Of a stretch of DNA of 24,678 nucleotides, positions 1 through 7,790 are shown piece after piece. Position 1 is the first letter of the stretch. Every line of letters begins with the position of its first letter. The translations under genes were made by a program, and so were the position numbers. Where the stretch lies: NCBI GenBank assembly GCA_003541985.1, contig DPLM01000153.1:1-24678 (forward strand), in the 5' to 3' direction. A model generated the notes under the pieces. That model saw only the letters and a program-made list of their open reading frames with translations, was not told the origin of the DNA and ran no database searches. Origin of the DNA: Deltaproteobacteria bacterium (GTDB lineage: Bacteria; SAR324; NAC60-12).

Positions 1-288
1 ATTGTTGTCTCAACACATAATTTAGGGAGTGTTCCTCAATTTTGTAACGATGTAATGTTGATTAATAAAAAGTTACTTGCTTATGGTCCCATCGAAACTA
101 CCTTTACGCAAGAAAATTTGAAGCGTGCTTTTGGTAGCATGTTTCGGGAGCATCGATTATCTTCAATTATTAATACTAGCAAGAATAGTGAAGAGACCTT
201 TACTATTATTACAGATGACGAGCGTCCTGCAGTGTTTTATGAAAAGTATGGTGTAAACGAAATAAATAAATCTGGTAAAAAGTTGTGA
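1..288 (+). CDS. sitB: Mn2+/Fe2+ ABC transporter ATP-binding subunit, 3' part (truncated by window start)
   Basis: Frame 1 is open from base 1: IVVSTHNLGSVPQFCNDVMLINKKLLAYGPIETTFTQENLKRAFG...ITDDERPAVFY. It has the ABC H-switch (STH) and the SitB/YfeB-type tail. The stop overlaps the sitC start (GTGA at 285-288). The listed ATG at 55 is internal. Confidence 0.9.
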   Translation: MVVSTHNLGSVPQFCNDVMLINKKLLAYGPIETTFTQENLKRAFGSMFREHRLSSIINTSKNSEETFTIITDDERPAVFYEKYGVNEINKSGKKL

Positions 289-1127
289 TTGAGTATCTGT
301 TAGAGCCATTTTCATATGGTTTTATGGTTAAAGCCATATGGGCTTGTACTTTAGTTGGAGGATTATGTGCTTACTTATCTTGTTATCTTATATTAAAAGG
401 CTGGTCTTTAATCGGTGATGCATTAGCTCATGCAATTGTGCCTGGTGTAGCTTTCGCTTACCTTCTTAGTCTGCCATATTCTATAGGTTCATTCTTCGCA
501 GGATTCTTGGCTGTTCTTAGTATGATAGCAATCAAAATCTTCACAAAATTGCGCGAAGATACTGTTATTGGAATAATCTTTACATCTTTCCTTGCGCTTG
601 GGTTGGTCATAGCCTCTTTTAGTCCCGTCTCTGTAAATATTGAAGAGATTATTCTTGGAAATATACTTGGGATATCAGACCATGATATTCTTCAAGTAAT
701 TATCATTTCAATTGTATGTTTTACGGCCGTAACTTTGAAATGGAAGGATATTTTTCTGGTATTTTTCGATGAAAGTTATGCTGAAAGTATCGGTATAAAC
801 ATTGTTTATATGAAAATCCTTTTTTTTACTCTTTTGACCGCTTCTATTGTTGCAGCTCTTCAGGCAGTAGGTGCTGCTCTCGTGATAGCTTTAATAATAA
901 CACCTGGGTCAACAGCTTATCTCCTAACAGATAAATTTAATAAATTAATCATTCTATCTATATCGATTGGAATATGTACAAGTGGGATTGGCTCCTATTT
1001 AAGTTTTTTTCTTGATTTAAACCCTTCTGGATTGATCGTATGTTTACAGTCACTAATTTTTTTTATTACTTTTTGTTTCTCCCCAAAGTACGGGCAATTT
1101 AGTCGGTTTTACAAACTTAATAATTAA
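285..1127 (+). CDS. sitC: Mn2+/Fe2+ ABC transporter permease (SitC/YfeC-type, ABC-3 family)
   Basis: 280 aa, hydrophobic throughout. KGWSLIGDALAHAIVPGVA and REDTVIGIIF motifs are typical of SitC/MntB permeases. Confidence 0.9.
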   Translation: MIEYLLEPFSYGFMVKAIWACTLVGGLCAYLSCYLILKGWSLIGDALAHAIVPGVAFAYLLSLPYSIGSFFAGFLAVLSMIAIKIFTKLREDTVIGIIFTSFLALGLVIASFSPVSVNIEEIILGNILGISDHDILQVIIISIVCFTAVTLKWKDIFLVFFDESYAESIGINIVYMKILFFTLLTASIVAALQAVGAALVIALIITPGSTAYLLTDKFNKLIILSISIGICTSGIGSYLSFFLDLNPSGLIVCLQSLIFFITFCFSPKYGQFSRFYKLNN

Positions 1128-1155
1128 TCAGAAAATTTAAATAAATCTTTGTTTC

Positions 1156-1995
1156 ATGCACAATCTGATCGATTTTATATATGCCCCTTTGGCACATGAC
1201 TTTATGATTCGTGCCCTGTTGATGTCTTTCGTAATTGCAATTTCTTGTTCAATTTTTTCTTGTTTTCTTGTTCTTAAAGGTTGGTCACTGATGGGTGATG
1301 CGATATCCCATGCAGTCTTACCTGGTTTAGTACTAGCTGCTTTGCTTGGTTTGCCTCTAATAGTAGGTGCATTCATATCAGGCTTTTCGTGTGCTTTTCT
1401 AGTAGGATATGTAAAAAATAATTGCCGGCTGAAAGAAGATACAGTAATGGGCATCATCTTTACATTCATGTTTGCTGTTGGCTTGATCTTACTGACAAAG
1501 ATAGAAACTGAACTGCACTTAATGCATGTTTTATTTGGGAATATACTTGGAATTTTAGAAAAAGATTTAATGATTTCAACTATTATAGGATCTGTTTGCT
1601 CTTTTCTGTTAATTTTGAAGAAAAAAGATTTTTTTCTTTATTGCTTTGATCCTGTTTATGTAGGATCTATTGGTTTTCCAAAAAAAATATTTCATTATGC
1701 ACTTCTGATACTATTGTCTATGTCAATAGTCTCTTCGTTAAAAGCTGTTGGAATTGTACTTGTATTAGCAATGTTGATTACACCAGGTGCAACTGGGTAT
1801 CTAATTTGTCGAACTTTCAATTCTATGTTGATAGTAGCTGTTGGAATTTCTGTTTTCTCATGCTTAATCGGTACAATACTTAGTTTTCATTTTGATCTGT
1901 CGACGGCACCCTTGATTGTATTAATCCAAGCAAGCATATTTTTGTTTTCACTTCCCCTTAGGAATCTGTATGTAAAATTTCTTTGCGCACAATAA
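1156..1995 (+). CDS. sitD: Mn2+/Fe2+ ABC transporter permease (SitD/YfeD-type)
   Basis: 279 aa paralogue of the preceding gene, with KGWSLMGDAISHAVLPG and KEDTVMGIIF. Two tandem permeases after the ATPase match the sitABCD/yfeABCD layout. Confidence 0.9.
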   Translation: MHNLIDFIYAPLAHDFMIRALLMSFVIAISCSIFSCFLVLKGWSLMGDAISHAVLPGLVLAALLGLPLIVGAFISGFSCAFLVGYVKNNCRLKEDTVMGIIFTFMFAVGLILLTKIETELHLMHVLFGNILGILEKDLMISTIIGSVCSFLLILKKKDFFLYCFDPVYVGSIGFPKKIFHYALLILLSMSIVSSLKAVGIVLVLAMLITPGATGYLICRTFNSMLIVAVGISVFSCLIGTILSFHFDLSTAPLIVLIQASIFLFSLPLRNLYVKFLCAQ

Positions 1996-2074
1996 TAATA
2001 CTCTCTCAAATATGATCATATTACATTCTTCCGATAGTTTCATTTTACCTTAAATTTATAATGTTTCTGACCAG

Positions 2075-3310
2075 TTAAAGTTTTTCAATCATCATTAGCT
2101 CTCCTGCGATAGTCCCTGAGGCATTGGTCAGGCGGATCGCGTCATTCAAGTGATAGTAGGTGTGTTTGACTGCGCCATGCTTGTCCCAAACATTTCAGCG
2201 ATCTCGCTAAAGCTCAGTCTACTCATAATCCGCTGGTTGATCATAAAGTGTCTAAATCTGTAGAGCACAATGTCACGCGTGTCCCTATTTGGTATGCCAG
2301 CCAATTCCAACATTCGCTTGAAGTATTGCAGCAGGCTGCGCTTGGCGATTGGTTTGACCCCATTTACACTAAAAACAAGTACCCTGTTACTGTGACCAAC
2401 GGTTGCCTGACAACGCTCGAAATACCGTCAATTAAGGCAGAGGAAGACCCGGCTGGTGCATACCTCACTGGTCAGCCCGCACCCTGATATGGGCCAGTTT
2501 CACTGTTTTCTAGACTTGTCCCCGTGCTGCGCGATTTGCACCTCATCCCCCTCTTAATTACAGTTGTTCACCCAACCTCAGTCCGCTGTTGGCGTCAATC
2601 TCAACACATAGTTCTGCACGAGTTTGCGCTGTACTAGCTCTTCCCAGTTGATCTGCCTATTGGTTTTCGTACAGTAGCTGTGCATTGCCCGGTAGAGCTG
2701 CTGGTATTCATCGTTGGTTAAGGTTGCCCTGCGGATGGACTCATTGCCCCTGTTAATGCCTAGCAGTTTCTTAAACTGAAATTAATTAATCCGTGTTTCA
2801 CCACGCTTGAAGAGTCAACGCATGCAGGCTTTGATCGTGCTCTGCTCATGCTGCTGGTGAGATTCTTAGTCGTCCTACCAGATATGAGGTTATGCCGTTA
2901 CGATACTGGAAGTAGTTTTCGCAGTCCGTGCTGTCCAATCCCTTCAGCTTGGTATCCTTGCCGATAAACTCTAGCCAGTGCCTGAGCTGGCTGCTGATGA
3001 TGACGTAGCGATCACGCACGATCAGGCCCAGTTCCACATTACTGCTGCGTGACTCTAAGTATTGCTGCACACCTTCTTTGACAGTGAGACTGAAGTAGGT
3101 CTCTCCCTGCTGCTGGTTGGCGAAGATCTCAAAGTACATCTGCTTGGCGCGCTCGATCGCCGTATTTTCACTGCGCGTACGCAGGCTCTTACGGACATAC
3201 TTGCCTTCTCGCTCCAGCCACATCTAAAACTGCTAATACTCTTCACACGCGCTGATACGGGCATTGTCAAAGATTGCAATTTCACCTTTCTTAAGCTTCC
3301 TCAGCGGCAT
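2075..3310 (-). pseudogene. Tyrosine recombinase / phage-type integrase pseudogene
   Basis: Manual minus-strand reading across frames gives MPLRKLKKGEIAIFDNA...EY*QF*MWLEREGKYVRKSLRTR (N-terminal arm region), then HEQSTIKACMR*LFK and RRATLTNDEY. Box I ANSGLRLGEQ lies at about 2564-2593, box II LYRFRHFMI at about 2239-2265, and TYYHLNDAIRLTNA places the catalytic Tyr region at about 2150-2160. I count at least five premature stops (e.g. 3233-3235, 3224-3226, 2815-2817, 2782-2784, 2428-2430) and at least four frameshifts. The 3' boundary is approximate. Confidence 0.9.
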
Positions 3311-3473
3311 ATTTTTCTGGTGAGTAATCGTACCAACTAGTAGTTACGCTAGTGTATAAGTTACTGTGTGATTGTAGGGAAAAGAGCCAATGAAAATAAT
3401 GGTCGAATCTGCAGTGTGTAGTTTTTGTGAAATCACTGAAATAGACAAAATCAGTATCTTAAACATAAAAAAA

Positions 3474-5285
3474 CTACTCCCATCCAAACGTAGCAGGAGG
3501 CTTGTGAGTAATATCGAAGAACACAGAATCAATTCCATTCAGAGCGTAGAGTTGAGGCAAAAGTTTATGGAGAACCTGCCAGTCCACAGGGGCGAAGCGC
3601 GCAGTCATAACATCTTCGGAGATGACCGGACGTAGCACGATGCTGTCCTGGTAACCATCCTGAGAAATCGGCAGCAGGATCACCAGCAGTTGAAAGATAC
3701 GCTCTAGCCAGCCATGATTGGCCAAGGTTTCACTAACGTGAGCCTCAGCAGTACGTAGCAAGTCTAGACGAAGCTTGTCACAGAAGGCACAGCGGACCCG
3801 CCAGTTGGGGAGCTGATCTGTTGGTTGAAGAGGAAGATAGGCCACAACCCGATTGATCGCACGTACTTGGTTGGTTAGTCGAATCGAAGTATTCTCAAGC
3901 CACTCCCAGTCTGTTGGGCCTAGTAGCACAGCTGGCTCTGTGTAGGTTCGTTGATCTCCCTGTACACCTACGCTGCGTACTGGTAGTAGAGAAGCCTGAG
4001 TGGGTGCAAAATGTTGATGTAGTGTGTCTAGTGTGCTGTTGTATTCTTGTTGCAGGATTGTATCTTCATTGGAACAGAGGACGTTGATTGAAAGACCTGG
4101 TCCAGGAAACGGATGGCGCCAGACGATCTCTTTGGGCAGCCCCAACAGTTCCCCGACGCGTCGCACCTCATCCTTATAGAGCTCCTTGAGTGGCTCAACA
4201 ACTTGACCCTTGGCAATCAAATCCTGGATTGCATCGACTCGGTTATGATGAGACTTGATCACCTTGGCGTGTTCGGTGCCTCCGGATTCGATGATGTCTG
4301 GATAGAGTGTGCCTTGCCCGAGCAGCCATTCACACGGATTCAATTTTAATTCTTCCAGTAATTTTTCACGTACTGTCAAAAAGGTGTTGCCAACCTGGTG
4401 TCGTTTCCGTTGTGGGTCTACTTCACCGGTGATGGACTCCAGGAAAGTCTCGCTATAGTCTCTGCCAACCACATTGCCATAGCCGAACTGTTCATAGCGT
4501 TGGAGAATTTGCTCGGCCTCATTCAGGCGTAGAAAGCCATTATCGATGAAGAGCCCTAGTACCCTTTCTTTGCCTAGGGCTTCGTTTAACAAAGCAAAGG
4601 CAACTGAAGAGTCCACACCGCCACTGAGGAACATCAGCACATTGTGTTCGCCAACTTGTTGTTGGAGTTCAATCTTTGTCTGTTCAATAAAGCGCTCCAT
4701 GCTCCAACTAGTGTGTACCTTGCAGAGTTCTACGAAATTGCTGAGAATCTGAGAGCCTGCTAGAGTGTCAGTGACTTCTGGATGGAACTGCAGGGAAAAC
4801 AGCGGACGTTCCTGATGCTGCAGAGCGGCCAGGCTCCCTGAAATGGTTTCACCGATCACCTTAAAATCCTGTGGAAGCTCCGTGACGCTGTCCTGGTGGC
4901 TCATCCAGACCTGAGATTCATCTGCAACATCTTTCCATAAGGGAGAAAAGTTCAGCTGACGCAGAGAAGCTTTGCCGAATTCTCCCTGTCCTGTGTTGGC
5001 TACACGGCCACCAAAATACTTGGCTATCAATTGGTGGCCGTAGCAGATGCCAAGAATGGGTTGAGAGATGCTTAAAATTTCCGGATTGAATGCAGGCACG
5101 TCCCCGACAAAGACAGAAGCAGGTCCTCCGGAGAGGATGATGCCCTTGGCAGCCCTTAGGCTGTCTATGTCAATGGAAGGTGGAAAGATCTCGGTGTAAA
5201 CTCCTAGATGCCGGATTCGCTTGGCAATCAGGTGTGCGTACTGGCTCCCAAAATCGAGAACTGCCAGAAAGTCATCATTGGGCAT
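3474..5285 (-). CDS. guaA: GMP synthase (glutamine-hydrolysing), long form
   Basis: GATase motifs LDFGSQY, GICYGHQ (Cys) and QFHPEV. ATP-PPase motif LSGGVDS, then HPFPGPGL and C-terminal KPPATFGWE. 603 aa. Confidence 0.98.
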   Translation of the reverse strand: MPNDDFLAVLDFGSQYAHLIAKRIRHLGVYTEIFPPSIDIDSLRAAKGIILSGGPASVFVGDVPAFNPEILSISQPILGICYGHQLIAKYFGGRVANTGQGEFGKASLRQLNFSPLWKDVADESQVWMSHQDSVTELPQDFKVIGETISGSLAALQHQERPLFSLQFHPEVTDTLAGSQILSNFVELCKVHTSWSMERFIEQTKIELQQQVGEHNVLMFLSGGVDSSVAFALLNEALGKERVLGLFIDNGFLRLNEAEQILQRYEQFGYGNVVGRDYSETFLESITGEVDPQRKRHQVGNTFLTVREKLLEELKLNPCEWLLGQGTLYPDIIESGGTEHAKVIKSHHNRVDAIQDLIAKGQVVEPLKELYKDEVRRVGELLGLPKEIVWRHPFPGPGLSINVLCSNEDTILQQEYNSTLDTLHQHFAPTQASLLPVRSVGVQGDQRTYTEPAVLLGPTDWEWLENTSIRLTNQVRAINRVVAYLPLQPTDQLPNWRVRCAFCDKLRLDLLRTAEAHVSETLANHGWLERIFQLLVILLPISQDGYQDSIVLRPVISEDVMTARFAPVDWQVLHKLLPQLYALNGIDSVFFDITHKPPATFGWE

Positions 5286-5352
5286 TTGCCTTTCCTCATT
5301 AAGCAGGATATAAATTTATGTCTTGTTAATAATCGTTTAGGAGGAGAATCTC

Positions 5353-5793
5353 ATGTTTGGCATCGGTCTGCCAGAATTAGTCATCATCGTTGTGATTGCG
5401 CTGATCTTCATTGGACCCAAGCAGCTTCCGGGAGTTATGCGCTCCGTGGGCAAGGGGCTCGTTGAAATCAAACGGGCTACCAACGATATTCGTCACACCG
5501 TACAGACCGAAATGGATACCATTGAGCGGGATCTCGAAGTGAAAGATATTAAGAAAGACTTTGAGAATAACTTCGGTGGAGTGGCCCACAAGTTCGGCTC
5601 ATTGAAGCTCTCTCAAATGAGTACCGGAGACAAGCTGGAAGCAGTGGCGAATGCGTTTGAGAAGGGGCAGGAGGACTTGGCTGCACGCAGGGAGAATGTA
5701 GCAGTTGCTGAAGCCAAGGAAACTGAGTCAACCGCTACCGCTAGTACAACAGATTCCACTGTTAGCAAAACAAACGGCACTGCCACAACCTAA
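5353..5793 (+). CDS. tatB: Twin-arginine translocase TatB (TatA/B family)
   Basis: MFGIGLPELVIIVVIALIFIGPKQLP: N-terminal TM helix, GP hinge, amphipathic helix and long polar tail. A strong RBS (GAGGAG) lies upstream. The family call is solid, but TatB versus TatA is less certain. Confidence 0.8.
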   Translation: MFGIGLPELVIIVVIALIFIGPKQLPGVMRSVGKGLVEIKRATNDIRHTVQTEMDTIERDLEVKDIKKDFENNFGGVAHKFGSLKLSQMSTGDKLEAVANAFEKGQEDLAARRENVAVAEAKETESTATASTTDSTVSKTNGTATT

Positions 5794-5796
5794 TTA

Positions 5797-6825
5797 TCAG
5801 GAATCCTTACTTGTGGGAGTCTTCGTATCCGTGGACCGCCCGATCTGTGGTGCACCGTTGTGAGTCATTGTTTCTATCGGAAGGCTAACTTCTAACCCAA
5901 CGACTTGGTCCTCTTCCCGGCGTAAACTGATTCTGCCCCCATGAGCGTAGATAATCTTTCGCCCGATCAACAACTCCGGACTCCCATCCATCTCACTCAT
6001 TCGCTGTGCTAGATAATCTCCCCAATTTTTTGCCTTTGACAAGTCGGAGCCTGAATCAATCTTAACAGTGATCTGGATACGAGTATCTCGTTGCTGGCGT
6101 GGATTAGAGGTTTGTAGGAGCAACTGGAGCGGTTCCGTATTTGCTTGGCGTCGCACTTCCTGAAGCATTGCCAGCAAGGCTCGCCGGAATCCTGCTGGGT
6201 CCAGGCGCATCTCATCGGGAAGCCGAGTCGAGGCAAAGAGCCGTAGTGGGTGTCGACTCTGCTGCGTGTGCTGCCGGGCAACTCCTCGAAAGAATTTCAA
6301 TAGATTGACCGCTCTGCGTTCAGGCTGATAATCTTGATGGATCTCTTCTAGTTCCTGCTGCTGGGTATCGGTGTCATCCAGCATTTGCTTGGCCAGTTGA
6401 CGACAGTGCTCCAGGGCTTTGCGAACCTCTGGGTCGGGAATTCTCTCCAGCAGCTGACCGACTCGCTCCTCCAACTGAGAAGCTGGTTTACGCAGAGCAG
6501 AGAAGGTCTGTGGTAGAGATCGAGCATGGTAATTGACAGTTGCCTTTTCGGCCTGAAGATCCTGTAGTTGAGCTTCCTGTTTGGCTAGTTGGGCCCGCAA
6601 TTGTCGTGGGCTGGGTCTATTCGCTTGTTGACGTTGGCTTTCGTAATTGACCAGTTGCTGCCGCAGTGAGTTCAGCTTCTGATTCAACTCGTGGATGATC
6701 AGATCTGACTCGTCCGGCAAGGTCTGCGTAGACGCTTCGACTTGTAAAGCAAGCTGAGTTTGGGGTATAACTTTGTTTTCCGTACTCTTTTTCATCTGCA
6801 CCAGCGACTCCCGTTCTGAGGTCAT
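5797..6825 (-). CDS. Coiled-coil protein with degenerate HisKA/HATPase-like C-terminal half (putative pseudo-histidine kinase)
   Basis: Q/E/L-rich coiled coil, then FSALRKPA at the H-box position, LPDEMRLDPAGFRRALLAML (pre-N-box pattern), DSGSD (G1-like) and LLIGRKIIYAHGGRISL...LEVSLP (G2/terminal-strand pattern). No TM segment. RBS-like AGGAGAGG upstream. Confidence 0.65.
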   Translation of the reverse strand: MTSERESLVQMKKSTENKVIPQTQLALQVEASTQTLPDESDLIIHELNQKLNSLRQQLVNYESQRQQANRPSPRQLRAQLAKQEAQLQDLQAEKATVNYHARSLPQTFSALRKPASQLEERVGQLLERIPDPEVRKALEHCRQLAKQMLDDTDTQQQELEEIHQDYQPERRAVNLLKFFRGVARQHTQQSRHPLRLFASTRLPDEMRLDPAGFRRALLAMLQEVRRQANTEPLQLLLQTSNPRQQRDTRIQITVKIDSGSDLSKAKNWGDYLAQRMSEMDGSPELLIGRKIIYAHGGRISLRREEDQVVGLEVSLPIETMTHNGAPQIGRSTDTKTPTSKDS

Positions 6826-6875
6826 TACCTCTCCTGTTGCTGCTTAACTGACAACATATTATTATTCGTAATGAA

Positions 6876-7790
6876 TTGCGCATGAGTCTCATACCTGCTG
6901 CCCCAACCCTTGGTTCGCTCTTTGTTCATAGTTGGCAGATCTATCGCGCTCATCTCTTTCCTTTGTTGGGACTGACCCTGGTGTTACTGATTCCAGCGCT
7001 ACTACTCAGCCTAAGCGGAGTAGATCAGGGAGAGAGTGTGGTTTTTTTCCTGCTGATGAGACTGTTGGAAGCAGGAGCAACCCTAGGACTGCTCTCTCTA
7101 CTGTTCACGGGTGTGTTTCCCACTGGGAATATTTTACGCCGTTTGGGCAGTCGCACCGTCTTGCGACCTCTGCATGTCGGAATCCTACAATACTTGCTGA
7201 CGATCCTTGGATTCTATGGATTGATGGCACCGACACCGCTGAACGTTGTATTAGTAACGCTCTGGCTCAGTAGTTTTGTTTTTCTGACCATTGCCCAGCC
7301 AGTCTGTGTTATCGAAGAGCTACGGGGGCTGCCTGCCTTGGTGCGTAGCTTCCAGCTAACTCGTAACCGGTTGAAGCGAGCTTTTGGTGTCGTTGTTGTC
7401 GCCATGATCCTGCAGTTATTGCTCTTCATCATTCTGCTCCAACTGTTCTTGCCGGAAATCAATTTCAGTGCCTTGTTGCAAACAGATCCAATGGCAGCGG
7501 ACGGAGAGAACCTCGTCAAGTTGTTGGGAAGTGCAGAAACCCAGGCTGCTTTGCGCTGGACACAGTACCTGACTGCATTGATTTTCTACCCCTACGCTTC
7601 GATTCTGACTGTACTATTATACTTTGATTTGGCCCGAGATGAGGCCGTTTGTAGCGAAGAAAGCTTACAAGCCCTAGCGATCCATCACTTTGAAATCCCA
7701 GCAGAATATTTCGAAGATCCGGAGAAGGAAGCAGAGGAGACCACCGATAAAGTGACAATTCGTGAGATCGGAACGGAAGACAAACAGTGA
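6876..7790 (+). CDS. Integral membrane protein, YciC/UPF0259- or GPDPase-membrane-domain-like, with acidic C-terminal tail
   Basis: 304 aa with several hydrophobic segments and a QPVCVIEELRGLPALVRSFQLTR pattern seen in this type of protein. The stop overlaps the engB GTG. The family assignment is tentative. Confidence 0.6.
   Translation: MRMSLIPAAPTLGSLFVHSWQIYRAHLFPLLGLTLVLLIPALLLSLSGVDQGESVVFFLLMRLLEAGATLGLLSLLFTGVFPTGNILRRLGSRTVLRPLHVGILQYLLTILGFYGLMAPTPLNVVLVTLWLSSFVFLTIAQPVCVIEELRGLPALVRSFQLTRNRLKRAFGVVVVAMILQLLLFIILLQLFLPEINFSALLQTDPMAADGENLVKLLGSAETQAALRWTQYLTALIFYPYASILTVLLYFDLARDEAVCSEESLQALAIHHFEIPAEYFEDPEKEAEETTDKVTIREIGTEDKQ

Larger units (their letters stand above)
1..3473. mobile_element. 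Edge of a degenerate genomic island inserted at the 3' end of guaA (other end outside window)
   Basis: A tyrosine integrase remnant begins 164 bp downstream of the guaA stop in the same orientation. The cargo at 1-2075 is far more AT-rich than the rest of the window. guaA 3' ends are an established integration site. The second att copy is not visible. Confidence 0.7.

Noticed and set aside
2248-2487. 79-aa plus-strand ORF in the apparent gap after sitD
   Set aside because: It lies antisense to the integrase catalytic domain, which explains the sequence. It starts with GTG and has no RBS.
2781-2790. ATTAATTAAT palindrome inside the integrase remnant
   Set aside because: It is short, all A/T, and coincides with a premature stop, so it is most likely a mutational by-product.
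2846-3223. 125-aa minus-strand ORF as an independent gene
   Set aside because: It is a stop-free fragment of the integrase pseudogene. Its ATG directly follows two in-frame TAG codons within the ancestral frame.
2075-3310. Programmed frameshifting, stop readthrough or an alternative genetic code rescuing the integrase
   Set aside because: The lesions mix TAG, TGA, TAA and indels of different phase, with no slippery sites seen. All other genes read normally in the standard code.
5286-5352. Purine riboswitch upstream of guaA
   Set aside because: Only 67 bp are shared with the divergent tatB gene, and no P1-P2-P3 junction pattern is visible.
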